A DNA stretch of 64,000 nucleotides from Flavobacteriales bacterium (GCA_040377305.1 JBEIPA010000005.1:1-64000); one strand, 5' to 3'. Positions 51,935-61,350 are shown, counted from the first letter of the stretch. Translations and numbers: made by a program. Notes: generated from the sequence alone by a model not told the origin.

Positions 51935-52165
51935 ATGCCACAAGACAAAGATCGAATTCCACAAGCCGGAGAAACCGTTTACCTGCGAGACGATTTAAAA
52001 TGCGTCGCCATGTATCTGGACAGAGTGTACATCAAAGACAAAGTAGAATATGCTCAATGCACGTGGACCGCGTACGAAATGTTCGACGATGAACTGCTGA
52101 GCAAAAATCACGAGAAGGATTTTCTGTTGAGTGAGTTGACGGTGTATCCGCCGGTGAAGTCGTAG
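51935..52165 (+). CDS. Small YodC/DUF2158-like protein, copy 1
   Basis: GETVYL...M...CTW...F...EL pattern; paralog at 53741. Confidence 0.65.
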   Translation: MPQDKDRIPQAGETVYLRDDLKCVAMYLDRVYIKDKVEYAQCTWTAYEMFDDELLSKNHEKDFLLSELTVYPPVKS

Positions 52166-52251
52166 ATTACATCGTCCTCCACAAAATTCTATCAAATCAA
52201 GATTGATTGTTTCCCAATGCTTCCCGCACAAACAAACGCGGTGCACGAGAA

Positions 52252-52286
52252 CGATTTTTGCTCCATTTTTTCTAAAAAAGTAGAAA
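52252..52286 (+). repeat. 35-bp intergenic hairpin repeat, copy 1
   Basis: 33/35 identical to 53633-53667. Confidence 0.8.
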
Positions 52287-52292
52287 TGCAAA

Positions 52293-53306
52293 ATGTTTCC
52301 TGCGTACCTTTTCTCAATGCAAATCCGTCTACGCCAAGCGATTTTCTTATCCCTATTCGTCACAGCAGTCTCAGTTGCAGCCCAGGAAATTCGACCTACC
52401 CCAATTGTCAATTTCGTGCGCAACTGGCAGAATCAGCTTGCGGAAGAAGAATTCAATAAAGAACAAATGGCGAAGTACTACGCTGCACAGGTTTCCTGGT
52501 ACAACACGTCTGTTGCGAGCGATTCAGCACTTACTATTATTTCCTCTACGTATGACATGCAACAATGCATCTTCTGGAGAGATCCTACAATTGTAACACT
52601 AACAGACAGCAGCCACGCGACTTGGCAGGTGTTTTTTGACGAATGCAATGGAGTTGTGTCCGGAATGCAACAACATTACTTGCTCGTTGAGTCCGACGCA
52701 AGCGGAACACTTCACATCACTGCGCAATCGAGTCTTGCCGATGACGCATGGTTAATACGAAAAACGGAAATTGCGAATGACACAATCGTTCATGAAAATA
52801 AACGATACTACGTTTTGAACCGTAGCTATTCCGGACATCCATCCAGCAATCACGTCATCTTCTTTCTAACCGATTCGCTTAAATTCGACGAGGCCAACTG
52901 GATTCCGGTTTGTACAGATGATTTTGGATTTACTGCTTCCGGAAATATTTTCTGCGCACTTGCAATTCTCGATCCTCAAACAATCATTGCATTCAAAGAC
53001 ATCACCCTGGAACTAAATCAATCGCCTCTCGAAGAAGCCGAGCTTACATTTGGTGGATTCTTGTGTCTGCACACGCAAGACAGTCTGACGATTGAGGGAA
53101 AACATGCAGGTTTTCACTGGAGGACACCGGTGTTGAACGTCACATACGATCGGCATCATAAAACAAGTGTTTTGCTCAAGACCGACTACAACTACGGTGA
53201 CGCGTGCTGGAGCGCCGAAACAACCATTCTGTTCGATAGCAAAAAGAAAAAGATCACGACGAAACAATTTATCCGGAAGCCACACAAGGATGCGAGACCG
53301 GGGTAG
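52293..53306 (+). CDS. Hypothetical secreted protein
   Basis: 337-aa ORF with signal peptide (AVSVAA-QE). Confidence 0.65.
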   Translation: MFPAYLFSMQIRLRQAIFLSLFVTAVSVAAQEIRPTPIVNFVRNWQNQLAEEEFNKEQMAKYYAAQVSWYNTSVASDSALTIISSTYDMQQCIFWRDPTIVTLTDSSHATWQVFFDECNGVVSGMQQHYLLVESDASGTLHITAQSSLADDAWLIRKTEIANDTIVHENKRYYVLNRSYSGHPSSNHVIFFLTDSLKFDEANWIPVCTDDFGFTASGNIFCALAILDPQTIIAFKDITLELNQSPLEEAELTFGGFLCLHTQDSLTIEGKHAGFHWRTPVLNVTYDRHHKTSVLLKTDYNYGDACWSAETTILFDSKKKKITTKQFIRKPHKDARPG

Positions 53307-53444
53307 CCCTTAGAGTTACGCGAGCGCACCATTCTCGTTTCTTCAGCTGCGACTGAACCTATTTTCGTTTCAAAGTGCACAATTGTCACTTCGAGGCACT
53401 AAAATCACGCGGTCAACAGTTGTACCCGTCTCCTATGCGGTAGG

Positions 53445-53633
53445 GGCCGCCAAATATTTTCAGCCGATTTTTCCGTTGGAACGTGCGCCTTAAGCGGACC
53501 AAGCGCGGCGAATAAAGTTGATGGATCTACAATGTTTTTGCTCCGAAGTACGCTTCTTATTTGAGTCCAAATCGCGCCTAGGGACGCGGCGCACGTGTAG
53601 ACGAGAAAAATTGGCTGAAAATATTAAGCGGCC
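53445..53633. other. 189-bp inverted-repeat-bounded element (MITE-like or structured RNA)
   Basis: 29-bp terminal IR with 26/29 match plus inner ACGTGCGCC/GGCGCACGT pairing. Confidence 0.65.
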
Positions 53634-53667
53634 GATTTTTGCTCCACTTTTTCTAAAAAAGTGGAAA
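53633..53667 (+). repeat. 35-bp intergenic hairpin repeat, copy 2
   Basis: CCACTTTTT-cta-AAAAAGTGG stem. Confidence 0.8.
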
Positions 53668-53740
53668 GCGTCGTGACAACCACATTTCGTAACTTCATTG
53701 CGCCTGTTCGTAACCGGCATCATGACCAAATCAAATAACA

Positions 53741-53998
53741 ATGCCAAAACTTCCTGACGGCGGCGCAAGAGCGAATGCAATAAAACCACAAGGTGGCGAC
53801 AGAGTTTTTCTGCGCAACGACGCGAAGCGAATCGCCATGTACCTCGAGCGCACGTATATCAAAGACAAATTAGAATACGGCACCTGCTCCTGGACAGTAT
53901 ACGAGATATTCGATGATGAACTCATCGGGAAAGAGATGCAACAGGATTTTTTGGTGAGCGAGCTGACGTTGTTTATTGATGCACCCCGCAAAGGCTAA
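53741..53998 (+). CDS. Small YodC/DUF2158-like protein, copy 2
   Basis: AMYLERTYIKDKLEYGTCSWTVYEIFDDEL aligns with copy 1. Confidence 0.7.
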   Translation: MPKLPDGGARANAIKPQGGDRVFLRNDAKRIAMYLERTYIKDKLEYGTCSWTVYEIFDDELIGKEMQQDFLVSELTLFIDAPRKG

Positions 53999-53999
53999 A

Positions 54000-54212
54000 T
54001 CAATCCTTCCACTTGATTTGAAATTCAATTTCATTTTCTCCGTCTCCAACTTCGTGCTCAATCGAGAACGTTGCGCGATCCGGAACGTAAATGTCTTTTC
54101 CTGCAATTGATATTCTGAAATTATCTCCGCTCTCTATGGAGTCTGCAAGTCTTCTGAGTTTCTCAACGAAGTCTGCGTTGGAGTATGTTTTTTCAATGTC
54201 GCGTGATGCCAT
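54000..54212 (-). CDS. Amphi-Trp domain protein
   Basis: LRRLADSIE...F.I.IAG..IYVP...EHE...EIEFQIKW. Confidence 0.85.
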   Translation of the reverse strand: MASRDIEKTYSNADFVEKLRRLADSIESGDNFRISIAGKDIYVPDRATFSIEHEVGDGENEIEFQIKWKD

Positions 54213-54304
54213 GGTTGGTGGTTTTGAAAAGTGTTTTCGAGTTTAAAGTATTCTTTGGGATTGATATAACCTTTCAACCTTCAATGCGAAGGTTCGTTTT
54301 TATT

Positions 54305-57202
54305 CTATCTGCAAACTGCGAGCTTCAACGTGTACATCGCCTCGCCGTTTGTGACCTGCACAAAGTAAACGCCAGCAGCCCAGCCTTCCGACGAAACTGT
54401 CGTGTTCGAAGTGAGATTAGAAAGCTGTTGCACGCGCTGACCACTCGTGTTCGTCACTATACAAGTCCATGAGCCGGAATTAACAGGGACACTCAATGTG
54501 AAGTATTCCTGTGCAGGATTGGGATACACGCTAAATTGCGTTTGTTGAACTTCATGCAATCCTGTTAAAGCAGGATCAATATAAATCGTGTCTGAATACG
54601 CGAGCGGATAAGTCAAATTGCGGTTCGCATCAGTCAACACGACATCAGTGAGATCAAAATGAAAATTGGTCATCGAACTGATGCCCGTGTCAATGACAAC
54701 CGTGATTGAAGCTGTCGTAAAAATTCCACTGGTGTCGGAATGGTCGTTTCGAACAAGACTAACTACACGATAACCCTGTGAAAGTTCTTTGTTCAGACGC
54801 AGATGAGTAGAGTTGGTATACGGATTCATAAAAATCAGAGCGTCGTTGCTCCATGTTTTTGAAGTATCCCAATTAACGGATGCGCCGAACCCATAGAACG
54901 AAGTAATCGGATTCATACTATCTCCCACTACGAGGTTGAATGTCACTGTGTCGCCGGGTGCAACTGTATCAGCAATTCCGGTGTAGCGCAGATAAACCGT
55001 TTCGTTGGTCGAGAATGGATCTGATGCATACCGACCTACATGCATAAGTGAAAAATTATTTTGCACGGCAAGCGTATCGCTCATGTCTACAATACTGTCA
55101 CCATTACAATCGGCATGCTTCATATTTACACCGCTGAGTTGTGTTGAATCCCAATCGTCGGAAATGAACGGATGCCACTGCATGCCTTGTGCACTTCTTG
55201 CGATTCCAGTATCACCGTACGCAAGACCGAGATCCAGAAAATCAGTTACGTCTACAACGTTGTCGTCGTTAACATCGCCTGGCCACATCAACTGACAACT
55301 TTGACCAGAAGATGTAAATGGCGATGGACTACGCCACACCGCATAATTATTATCCAGTGATCCGAACAACATTTCTTCGGCATTCATGGTTACCTCATTA
55401 AATATCGCCCCGCCGTTCCCCGCGAAAGTCCACGTCGCTCCATTATCTTCCGACATATAAAATCTTCTCCAGTCAGAGATTGTATCAACCTCCACCAGCA
55501 ATTGTCCGCATCGCGCAGCAAAAAAGTTCCATGTGCGTATGCCGGGACCTGTAGGTAAACCGTTCGTGTCGGTCTGCCACGTCAGGCCATCATCATACGT
55601 TACGTGAAAACCTCCCCCATCCGGAAAACCGAAGAATGTTCCTGAGAGTTGATTGTAACCGGATGTTCTCACACTGGAAGGCCCAACGTTGAAGGCCCAC
55701 GTGGCACCACCGTCGTAAGAAATAAATCGCGGACTGTTGTTCAGTCCACATGCAATCAAGGCACCACTCGATTGGTTCACCAATAATTTCGCACACGCAA
55801 ATGGCAACGTTGGGAACGTACTGAGATAACTCCACGTCAATCCGCTGTCGGTTGATTGATAGACGTCATCCAGATAGGCATATCGCATCGTATGGTCAGG
55901 CATAATCACAATACTCGATGCAGCAGTTGGAGAAACGCAGGTGTCCCACGTTGCACCGGCATCAGTGGATTGATAAATTATTCCGGGATTGAAACTTTTA
56001 TGATTGCACACAAGGACTCCATCCGAATACTGCACCATCGTAGTTGGGCACGCAGTTCCGAATCCGACATCAACACGATCCCAATTTTCTCCATTGTCTT
56101 CCGACTGGAAATGAATGTACCAGGTATTGTTACTGTTGAATTGTCCTACGTACACTGTGGTGTCGTTGTAAAACGAAAACACATAAGCATCAGTTCCGCT
56201 CGTCCCCTGATATAGTCCGGTACCAACTGACCCATCCCCGGTTAACGTTGGGTAAATAAGCCACCGGCTCATAAATTGTCCACGCTGATTACCAATAAGC
56301 AGAATAGAATCATTTTCTATCCCGGCGAGAAAGTGAACGATGTTTGAATTGGTCTGAACGTTCTGCCAGAAAAAATTCGCAGGCTGAGGTACACTGTCGT
56401 AGTAAATAGAATTTCCCGCGCGTACATAACAAATTCCTTGTGGTGAAATCCACATCGTTTCCGCATTGAACGACACCTGACCGATATTGTTCCAGGTTAC
56501 ACCTCTGTCGGGCGATCTGAACACATTTGATCCTCCGATCACAATCAGCGTATCGGATGTTCCTATCTGTGCAATCTGTGTGATGCCAGTTGCAGAAATA
56601 GCGGCGTAACAACTGTCCCACGTCATTCCGCTATCCGACGACAAATAAAATATACGTGTGTACGTGTTGTGCGCAATCAAAAACGTTCCGCCGTCGGATG
56701 TAGTGACGCGTGCTGCATCAAACAACGAATCCAGAAATACTTCATTCCACGTTTGTCCGGAATCAAGAGACGTGTAAAGATTGCCAGGATTGTTGCTGGT
56801 GGAAAACCAATGTCCACTGGGCGCTTGCACGAGACTGCGCACCATGGTATCCGGAGATCCGACTTGTTGCCACGTGATACCACGATCCAGACTTTTCCAT
56901 ACGCCTATCGTGTCCAGTGTGCCTGCATAAATAGCTTGCTCAGCATTCACCCAAAATAGGCTGCGCACTTCTTTATTGTCGCCCGGAATTCTGCTTTCAC
57001 GAATCGTGTTCAGGCCATCGTTACTATACAATACGATCCCACTGTCGCAACCCACAAATATCTCGTTGCCAGGTGTAACTTCACAGCAAATGTCTTTGTA
57101 ATCGTAGTTTCCGTCAACAGGAACAAAGTTGACTTGCGCAATCACCGGAAAACTCATCCCTGCGAGAAGAGTAACCATCAGGATTCTGAAAAACGTTTTC
57201 AC
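54305..57202 (-). CDS. T9SS cargo: BNR/Asp-box propeller + dockerin-like + cohesin-like + CTD
   Basis: Many SxDxGxTW boxes; WPGDVNDDNVVD and HADCNGD loops; VYPNPA...GVYFV CTD; GTG start at 57202 chosen. Confidence 0.85.
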   Translation of the reverse strand: MKTFFRILMVTLLAGMSFPVIAQVNFVPVDGNYDYKDICCEVTPGNEIFVGCDSGIVLYSNDGLNTIRESRIPGDNKEVRSLFWVNAEQAIYAGTLDTIGVWKSLDRGITWQQVGSPDTMVRSLVQAPSGHWFSTSNNPGNLYTSLDSGQTWNEVFLDSLFDAARVTTSDGGTFLIAHNTYTRIFYLSSDSGMTWDSCYAAISATGITQIAQIGTSDTLIVIGGSNVFRSPDRGVTWNNIGQVSFNAETMWISPQGICYVRAGNSIYYDSVPQPANFFWQNVQTNSNIVHFLAGIENDSILLIGNQRGQFMSRWLIYPTLTGDGSVGTGLYQGTSGTDAYVFSFYNDTTVYVGQFNSNNTWYIHFQSEDNGENWDRVDVGFGTACPTTMVQYSDGVLVCNHKSFNPGIIYQSTDAGATWDTCVSPTAASSIVIMPDHTMRYAYLDDVYQSTDSGLTWSYLSTFPTLPFACAKLLVNQSSGALIACGLNNSPRFISYDGGATWAFNVGPSSVRTSGYNQLSGTFFGFPDGGGFHVTYDDGLTWQTDTNGLPTGPGIRTWNFFAARCGQLLVEVDTISDWRRFYMSEDNGATWTFAGNGGAIFNEVTMNAEEMLFGSLDNNYAVWRSPSPFTSSGQSCQLMWPGDVNDDNVVDVTDFLDLGLAYGDTGIARSAQGMQWHPFISDDWDSTQLSGVNMKHADCNGDSIVDMSDTLAVQNNFSLMHVGRYASDPFSTNETVYLRYTGIADTVAPGDTVTFNLVVGDSMNPITSFYGFGASVNWDTSKTWSNDALIFMNPYTNSTHLRLNKELSQGYRVVSLVRNDHSDTSGIFTTASITVVIDTGISSMTNFHFDLTDVVLTDANRNLTYPLAYSDTIYIDPALTGLHEVQQTQFSVYPNPAQEYFTLSVPVNSGSWTCIVTNTSGQRVQQLSNLTSNTTVSSEGWAAGVYFVQVTNGEAMYTLKLAVCR

Positions 57203-57315
57203 TACAGGTATTTTGGTTGGAGGTTGAGTTCTAAAGATCGGAAAATAAAGTGTTAAAGTGGATGTAGCGCAGAAAATGGGCGGGAGGCTACATAACATTC
57301 TTCCTATATTTATTC

Positions 57316-58295
57316 ATGCCCTCCCGAAAAACCCTCGCCGATCTCTCCGTTGCTGCTAAACATTTCGGTGGCAAATCGCTCGCGAAAGAATACAAGAACA
57401 TGCACGCTCCTGTTCCATGGATGTGCAAGAAAGGACATACCTGGGATGCACCGTTCGAATATATCGTAAGCGGACAATGGTGCCCTCAATGCTATCGCGA
57501 TGAAAAGAAACGTGCATGGATTGAGCGGATGTATGACACGGTAAAAAAACGCGGAGGAGAAATCATCTCGCCTGAACCCGAAAAGACTAGTTCAAAAATA
57601 AAAGTCCGGTGCGACAGGAAACACATATTTACTGCCGACGCAAAATTTTTACATGACGGCTGGTGGTGCAAGCAATGTGCAACTGAGAAGATGAAGGAGC
57701 GGTCGTTTATACGCATTCAGGAAATAGCAAAGAAAAAGGCGGCGTGTGTTTGTCAACTAACTACATTGGCATTGCGGGAAAGTTGAAATTTCAATGTGCG
57801 AAAGGGCACACGTGGAGCTTCAGTGGTCATCACGTGAAGACATCCTGGTGCTCGCAATGTCTGATTGAAGCGAAAAAAGAAAAGCAGTTGAAGTCTTTCC
57901 GCGAACACGCTAATAAAAAAGGCGGCAAACTTCTCTCAACTCTCTTTAAGGACACGCACTCCAAAGTAATGTGGGAGTGTAAAGAAGGACATCATTGGTT
58001 GTCATCACCGCACTCCGTCACAAGCGGCAAAAGCTGGTGTCCGGAATGTGGCGAAAAACAAAGAGCAAAGAACAGACGTCGGCACACGATAGAAGCCATT
58101 CAGAAAGAAGCAAAGAAGCGTGGCGGGAAACTTCTTTCAAAAGAATACACGTCCACCGAACAAAAGCTTCATTGGGAGTGCGCGAAAAAACACCGGTGGT
58201 ATGCCGAGTGGAGTAACGTATTGCACAATGGCGCGTGGTGTCAGAAATGCTATTGGGAGAGAAGAGAACGGGATGAGTTTGGGAGGTATGCGTGA
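57316..58295 (+). pseudogene. Five-repeat zinc-finger protein split by a -1 frameshift
   Basis: Repeats GG..LS..Y...W.C..(G/K)H.W...WC..C run across ORFs 57316-57786 and 57744-58295; break in the A run at 57733-57737. Confidence 0.75.
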
Positions 58296-58384
58296 GAGAA
58301 CTTAAACCGGGACTACCGCACAAGTGCCAGTGTAAAAATCGTCATACATAGAATGCAGAGTGGCGAATATACTAGCGCAAAGAA

Positions 58385-58792
58385 TCAAGCCGCTTTCTTC
58401 TTCTTTGTTTTCCTCAATCTATAAGAGCGGTTGAGTACTTCCTGCCGTACATTGAATTTATCAGCGAGCTTGCGAACTACGTCTTTAGGGATCGTCTTTC
58501 TGTAATTCAGAATCTGGGAAATATATCCCTTCGTCACACCAAGTTCAGTTGCCAGATCCACAGCCTTTACGTTTTGTTCTGCCATTAGTACGGCAAGAAC
58601 TTCCACCGGATCCAGCAACGGATAATCACGCTGCTCTTCGTCATACGTTTCAATCAGTAGAGTGAGTAGTGCAATTTCTTCTTCCTGCTCTGCACTTTTT
58701 TTGCCTTTTGAAAATACGATCTTGTCCAGAATGTCGCAATACTTCAGGTACTGTTGATCCGTTCTGATGACTTTATATTTCAATGTTTCCAT
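58385..58792 (-). CDS. higA: HigA-like antitoxin, second copy
   Basis: Shares LGVTKGYISQILNY and LLIETYD with 49922-50332. Confidence 0.88.
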   Translation of the reverse strand: METLKYKVIRTDQQYLKYCDILDKIVFSKGKKSAEQEEEIALLTLLIETYDEEQRDYPLLDPVEVLAVLMAEQNVKAVDLATELGVTKGYISQILNYRKTIPKDVVRKLADKFNVRQEVLNRSYRLRKTKKKKAA

Positions 58793-58793
58793 T

Positions 58794-58898
58794 TTAATAA
58801 ATTGATACTGTGTACTGCTTACCCTGCTTGCACAATTTCGAATACTCCGCATGAGTTCCGATCCATCGCGTACGCTCCTTGATCAAATGAACCTTCAT
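58794..58898 (-). pseudogene. higB: Internally deleted HigB (34-aa in-frame remnant)
   Basis: Manual translation MKVHLIKERT-RWIGTHAEYSKLCKQGKQYTVSIY. Confidence 0.8.
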
Positions 58899-59149
58899 AC
58901 AAATATAGAGCTAAATAAATAGTTTACCAATGGTATACTTTTGTAAAATATCGATATGGGCGCAAGTTAATTTGAAAGTTTTGAGATAGTCGGGAGCAAA
59001 TGGTTCGACAGGCTCACCACACGCTGTTTGAAAACGGATAGACGTGGCGCCAATGTGAAAAAGATGCCGCCGCAGTCTTCAAAACAACCCCGCAAGCGTT
59101 TAACCCTTGCAGGGTTGTATCCAAACACCACTCCACCGTTATAGTACAA

Positions 59150-59620
59150 ATGCATCGCCTCCTTCCCTTTTTTCTGCTCATCACATTTTACGGCTGTTCT
59201 TCCGATCAACCCGACACGCTCCGGAAGTACCACGCGCGACTTGATACCTGTTGTAACACCACAGCACTGTCTGAGTACATGGTGCCAGTGGACACAAACT
59301 ACCTGAAAACACTAATCGGAAAAACAGTTGGCGAAGTACTCGATTCGTTGAAGCTCCATCATGTTCGCACCGAACACGGCTTTCCTTCACTCATGGGTAT
59401 TTGTTGTCTCAGTCACTATCACATTCAACTACCGAACAGGTATCACATGCACATTTATGTCAGCGATTACAAATTCATTGATCCCTGCGAACAGTCTTAT
59501 GAACGGTGGGATGAAGCCGGGTTCATGTTGGAGACCGTCGGTGTAATTACGGTGCAGCGGAGAATGGGCTGCTATTTCAGAACGGACTGGGAAGAGTTTG
59601 CTGCCTACAACAACATGTGA
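59150..59620 (+). CDS. Hypothetical Cys-rich lipoprotein
   Basis: Lipobox FYGC-SS. Confidence 0.65.
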   Translation: MHRLLPFFLLITFYGCSSDQPDTLRKYHARLDTCCNTTALSEYMVPVDTNYLKTLIGKTVGEVLDSLKLHHVRTEHGFPSLMGICCLSHYHIQLPNRYHMHIYVSDYKFIDPCEQSYERWDEAGFMLETVGVITVQRRMGCYFRTDWEEFAAYNNM

Positions 59621-59720
59621 TCATATCACCTCGGCTAGCACCCGGTCCAACGTCCGCCGCGGCGGATAACCCTTCCAGTGTTATCCTGTATCTTTCTCTC
59701 CTCTTCCACATTATGAATTC

Positions 59721-60749
59721 ATGAATCACCTTTGCGTTTTTCTCCTCGTACTCATCACCACGCTTTGTTCCGCACAGCCGCGCCTGACCAGATATTACCA
59801 TGCCATGCACGACACCTGTCCTGATCCACTCAAAAATCACATCAGGCAACGCACGATTTACACGCGCTGCGGAGATGTAGGCTGGTGCCGGGAAGACACA
59901 ACCATTGAAAAATTCGATCGGCAAGGACGCCTCATCAGCATTGAAAAGCACAGCACAGATTCGTACGGCAACCGTTTGCTGCATCACGACTTCACGTACG
60001 ATTCCCTCGGACGCACTGTTCGCGACACCGGAATTTACGATGAGAAAACAGCCTTCTTCCCTGAAGGATATCTCGTCGAATATGAATATCCCGATCGGTA
60101 CACCGCAATTGAACGTGTGTTTTACCTCGGAAAGAAAATCGTGACCACGCGACAATACAACAAGGACTACGTGCTCACGCATCTGCTCACCATCGAGAAC
60201 GGGAGAGACACCGTGCAACATATCTACACGCGTGGCGATACCACCATTACTTTGACCTGGGCAAACTTTCTGCGGTTAACTACACCAGACGCATTCACGC
60301 TTGACGACAGCAGCATCACCATAAAAACGAAAGACCTGTATTATACCTACAGCAGCAAAGCAGACGGGGCTCACTGGCAACCAGTCGCTACGCTCATCCG
60401 ATACGATTCAGAAGGACGAATGATTTACAAGCTGCGTTATCATCACGGAAATATTCTTGCGGATTCCATCGTGCCAACCTACAATGACAAAAACCAACTC
60501 ATCAAAGAAACATGGTACGGTCGCAGTGAGAATGGCGAAAAACATATCCGATATCACATTCAATACACATACAACAAGAATCAATTGATTGAATCGCGCG
60601 AGTGGGAAGAGCATCATCCAGATCAGCTTTCAATTCGTCGGTTTGCCTACAACAGAAAAGGACTGCGCACCAAGTGGGAATTTATCTGGACGAACGAGGA
60701 AGGAAAACAGGAAGTGCACATGACGGAGGTGTGGGAGTTTGAGTATTGA
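59721..60749 (+). CDS. Secreted YD/RHS-like repeat protein, paralog 3
   Basis: Signal peptide; DTCPDPLKNHI; FDRQGRLI, YDSLGRTV, YDSEGRMI, YNDKNQLI. Confidence 0.75.
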   Translation: MNHLCVFLLVLITTLCSAQPRLTRYYHAMHDTCPDPLKNHIRQRTIYTRCGDVGWCREDTTIEKFDRQGRLISIEKHSTDSYGNRLLHHDFTYDSLGRTVRDTGIYDEKTAFFPEGYLVEYEYPDRYTAIERVFYLGKKIVTTRQYNKDYVLTHLLTIENGRDTVQHIYTRGDTTITLTWANFLRLTTPDAFTLDDSSITIKTKDLYYTYSSKADGAHWQPVATLIRYDSEGRMIYKLRYHHGNILADSIVPTYNDKNQLIKETWYGRSENGEKHIRYHIQYTYNKNQLIESREWEEHHPDQLSIRRFAYNRKGLRTKWEFIWTNEEGKQEVHMTEVWEFEY

Positions 60750-60957
60750 TGAGGGTGCTCATAAGGAGCAGGGTTACACGTGCGTGTGAATTACAATTTC
60801 GTATTGGTGCAAGTCGGCTTACATACTAACGTCCGTATTGCCACGCACCGCCCCTACCTTCTTTACGTACTTCTACGCGAAGAACTACGTAATCGCTCGC
60901 GTTTTTGAAATCGTGTTTTCTTGTTTTGTTTTTTTGACAAACTCAAAAACAAAAAAC

Positions 60958-61242
60958 ATGTCCAGTTATCTAAGATTGAAAAAGCCTTCATTTAAAGATG
61001 GCCACCTAAAAGTTCGCATTGAATGGAAAGTCTCTGCGAAAATTCTAATTCACCAAATCAGTTACAGTGATCACTACGCGTTCGAGCGAAAAGTCGGACT
61101 CAATAAATGGATCACGGTAGCCGATGTGAAATACGGCAAGATCAAATTGAAGGTTACGAGAAAAGATGTTTGTGCGAAGTGGAGCGTCGACCTTCCGGAT
61201 CCATTCAGGGATATCACGCTTAAGGATTGTAAAAAATTCTAA
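60958..61242 (+). CDS. Small basic hypothetical protein
   Basis: ATG at 60958 after an A-rich leader. Confidence 0.5.
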   Translation: MSSYLRLKKPSFKDGHLKVRIEWKVSAKILIHQISYSDHYAFERKVGLNKWITVADVKYGKIKLKVTRKDVCAKWSVDLPDPFRDITLKDCKKF

Positions 61243-61350
61243 GTGAGTTTCAGTAGAGAGGAAGAGCGTGTTTTGAATCGCTGTTCCTTTAGCGAGGAAA
61301 GCCCTGGATTCGTACGAACTCTGCAGGGTTAGAAACCGTATCTTTTCCCC

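Noticed and set aside
47831-60749. Rhs polymorphic toxin locus
   Set aside because: Proteins are short and lack the RHS core motif and toxin C-terminus; no T6SS genes
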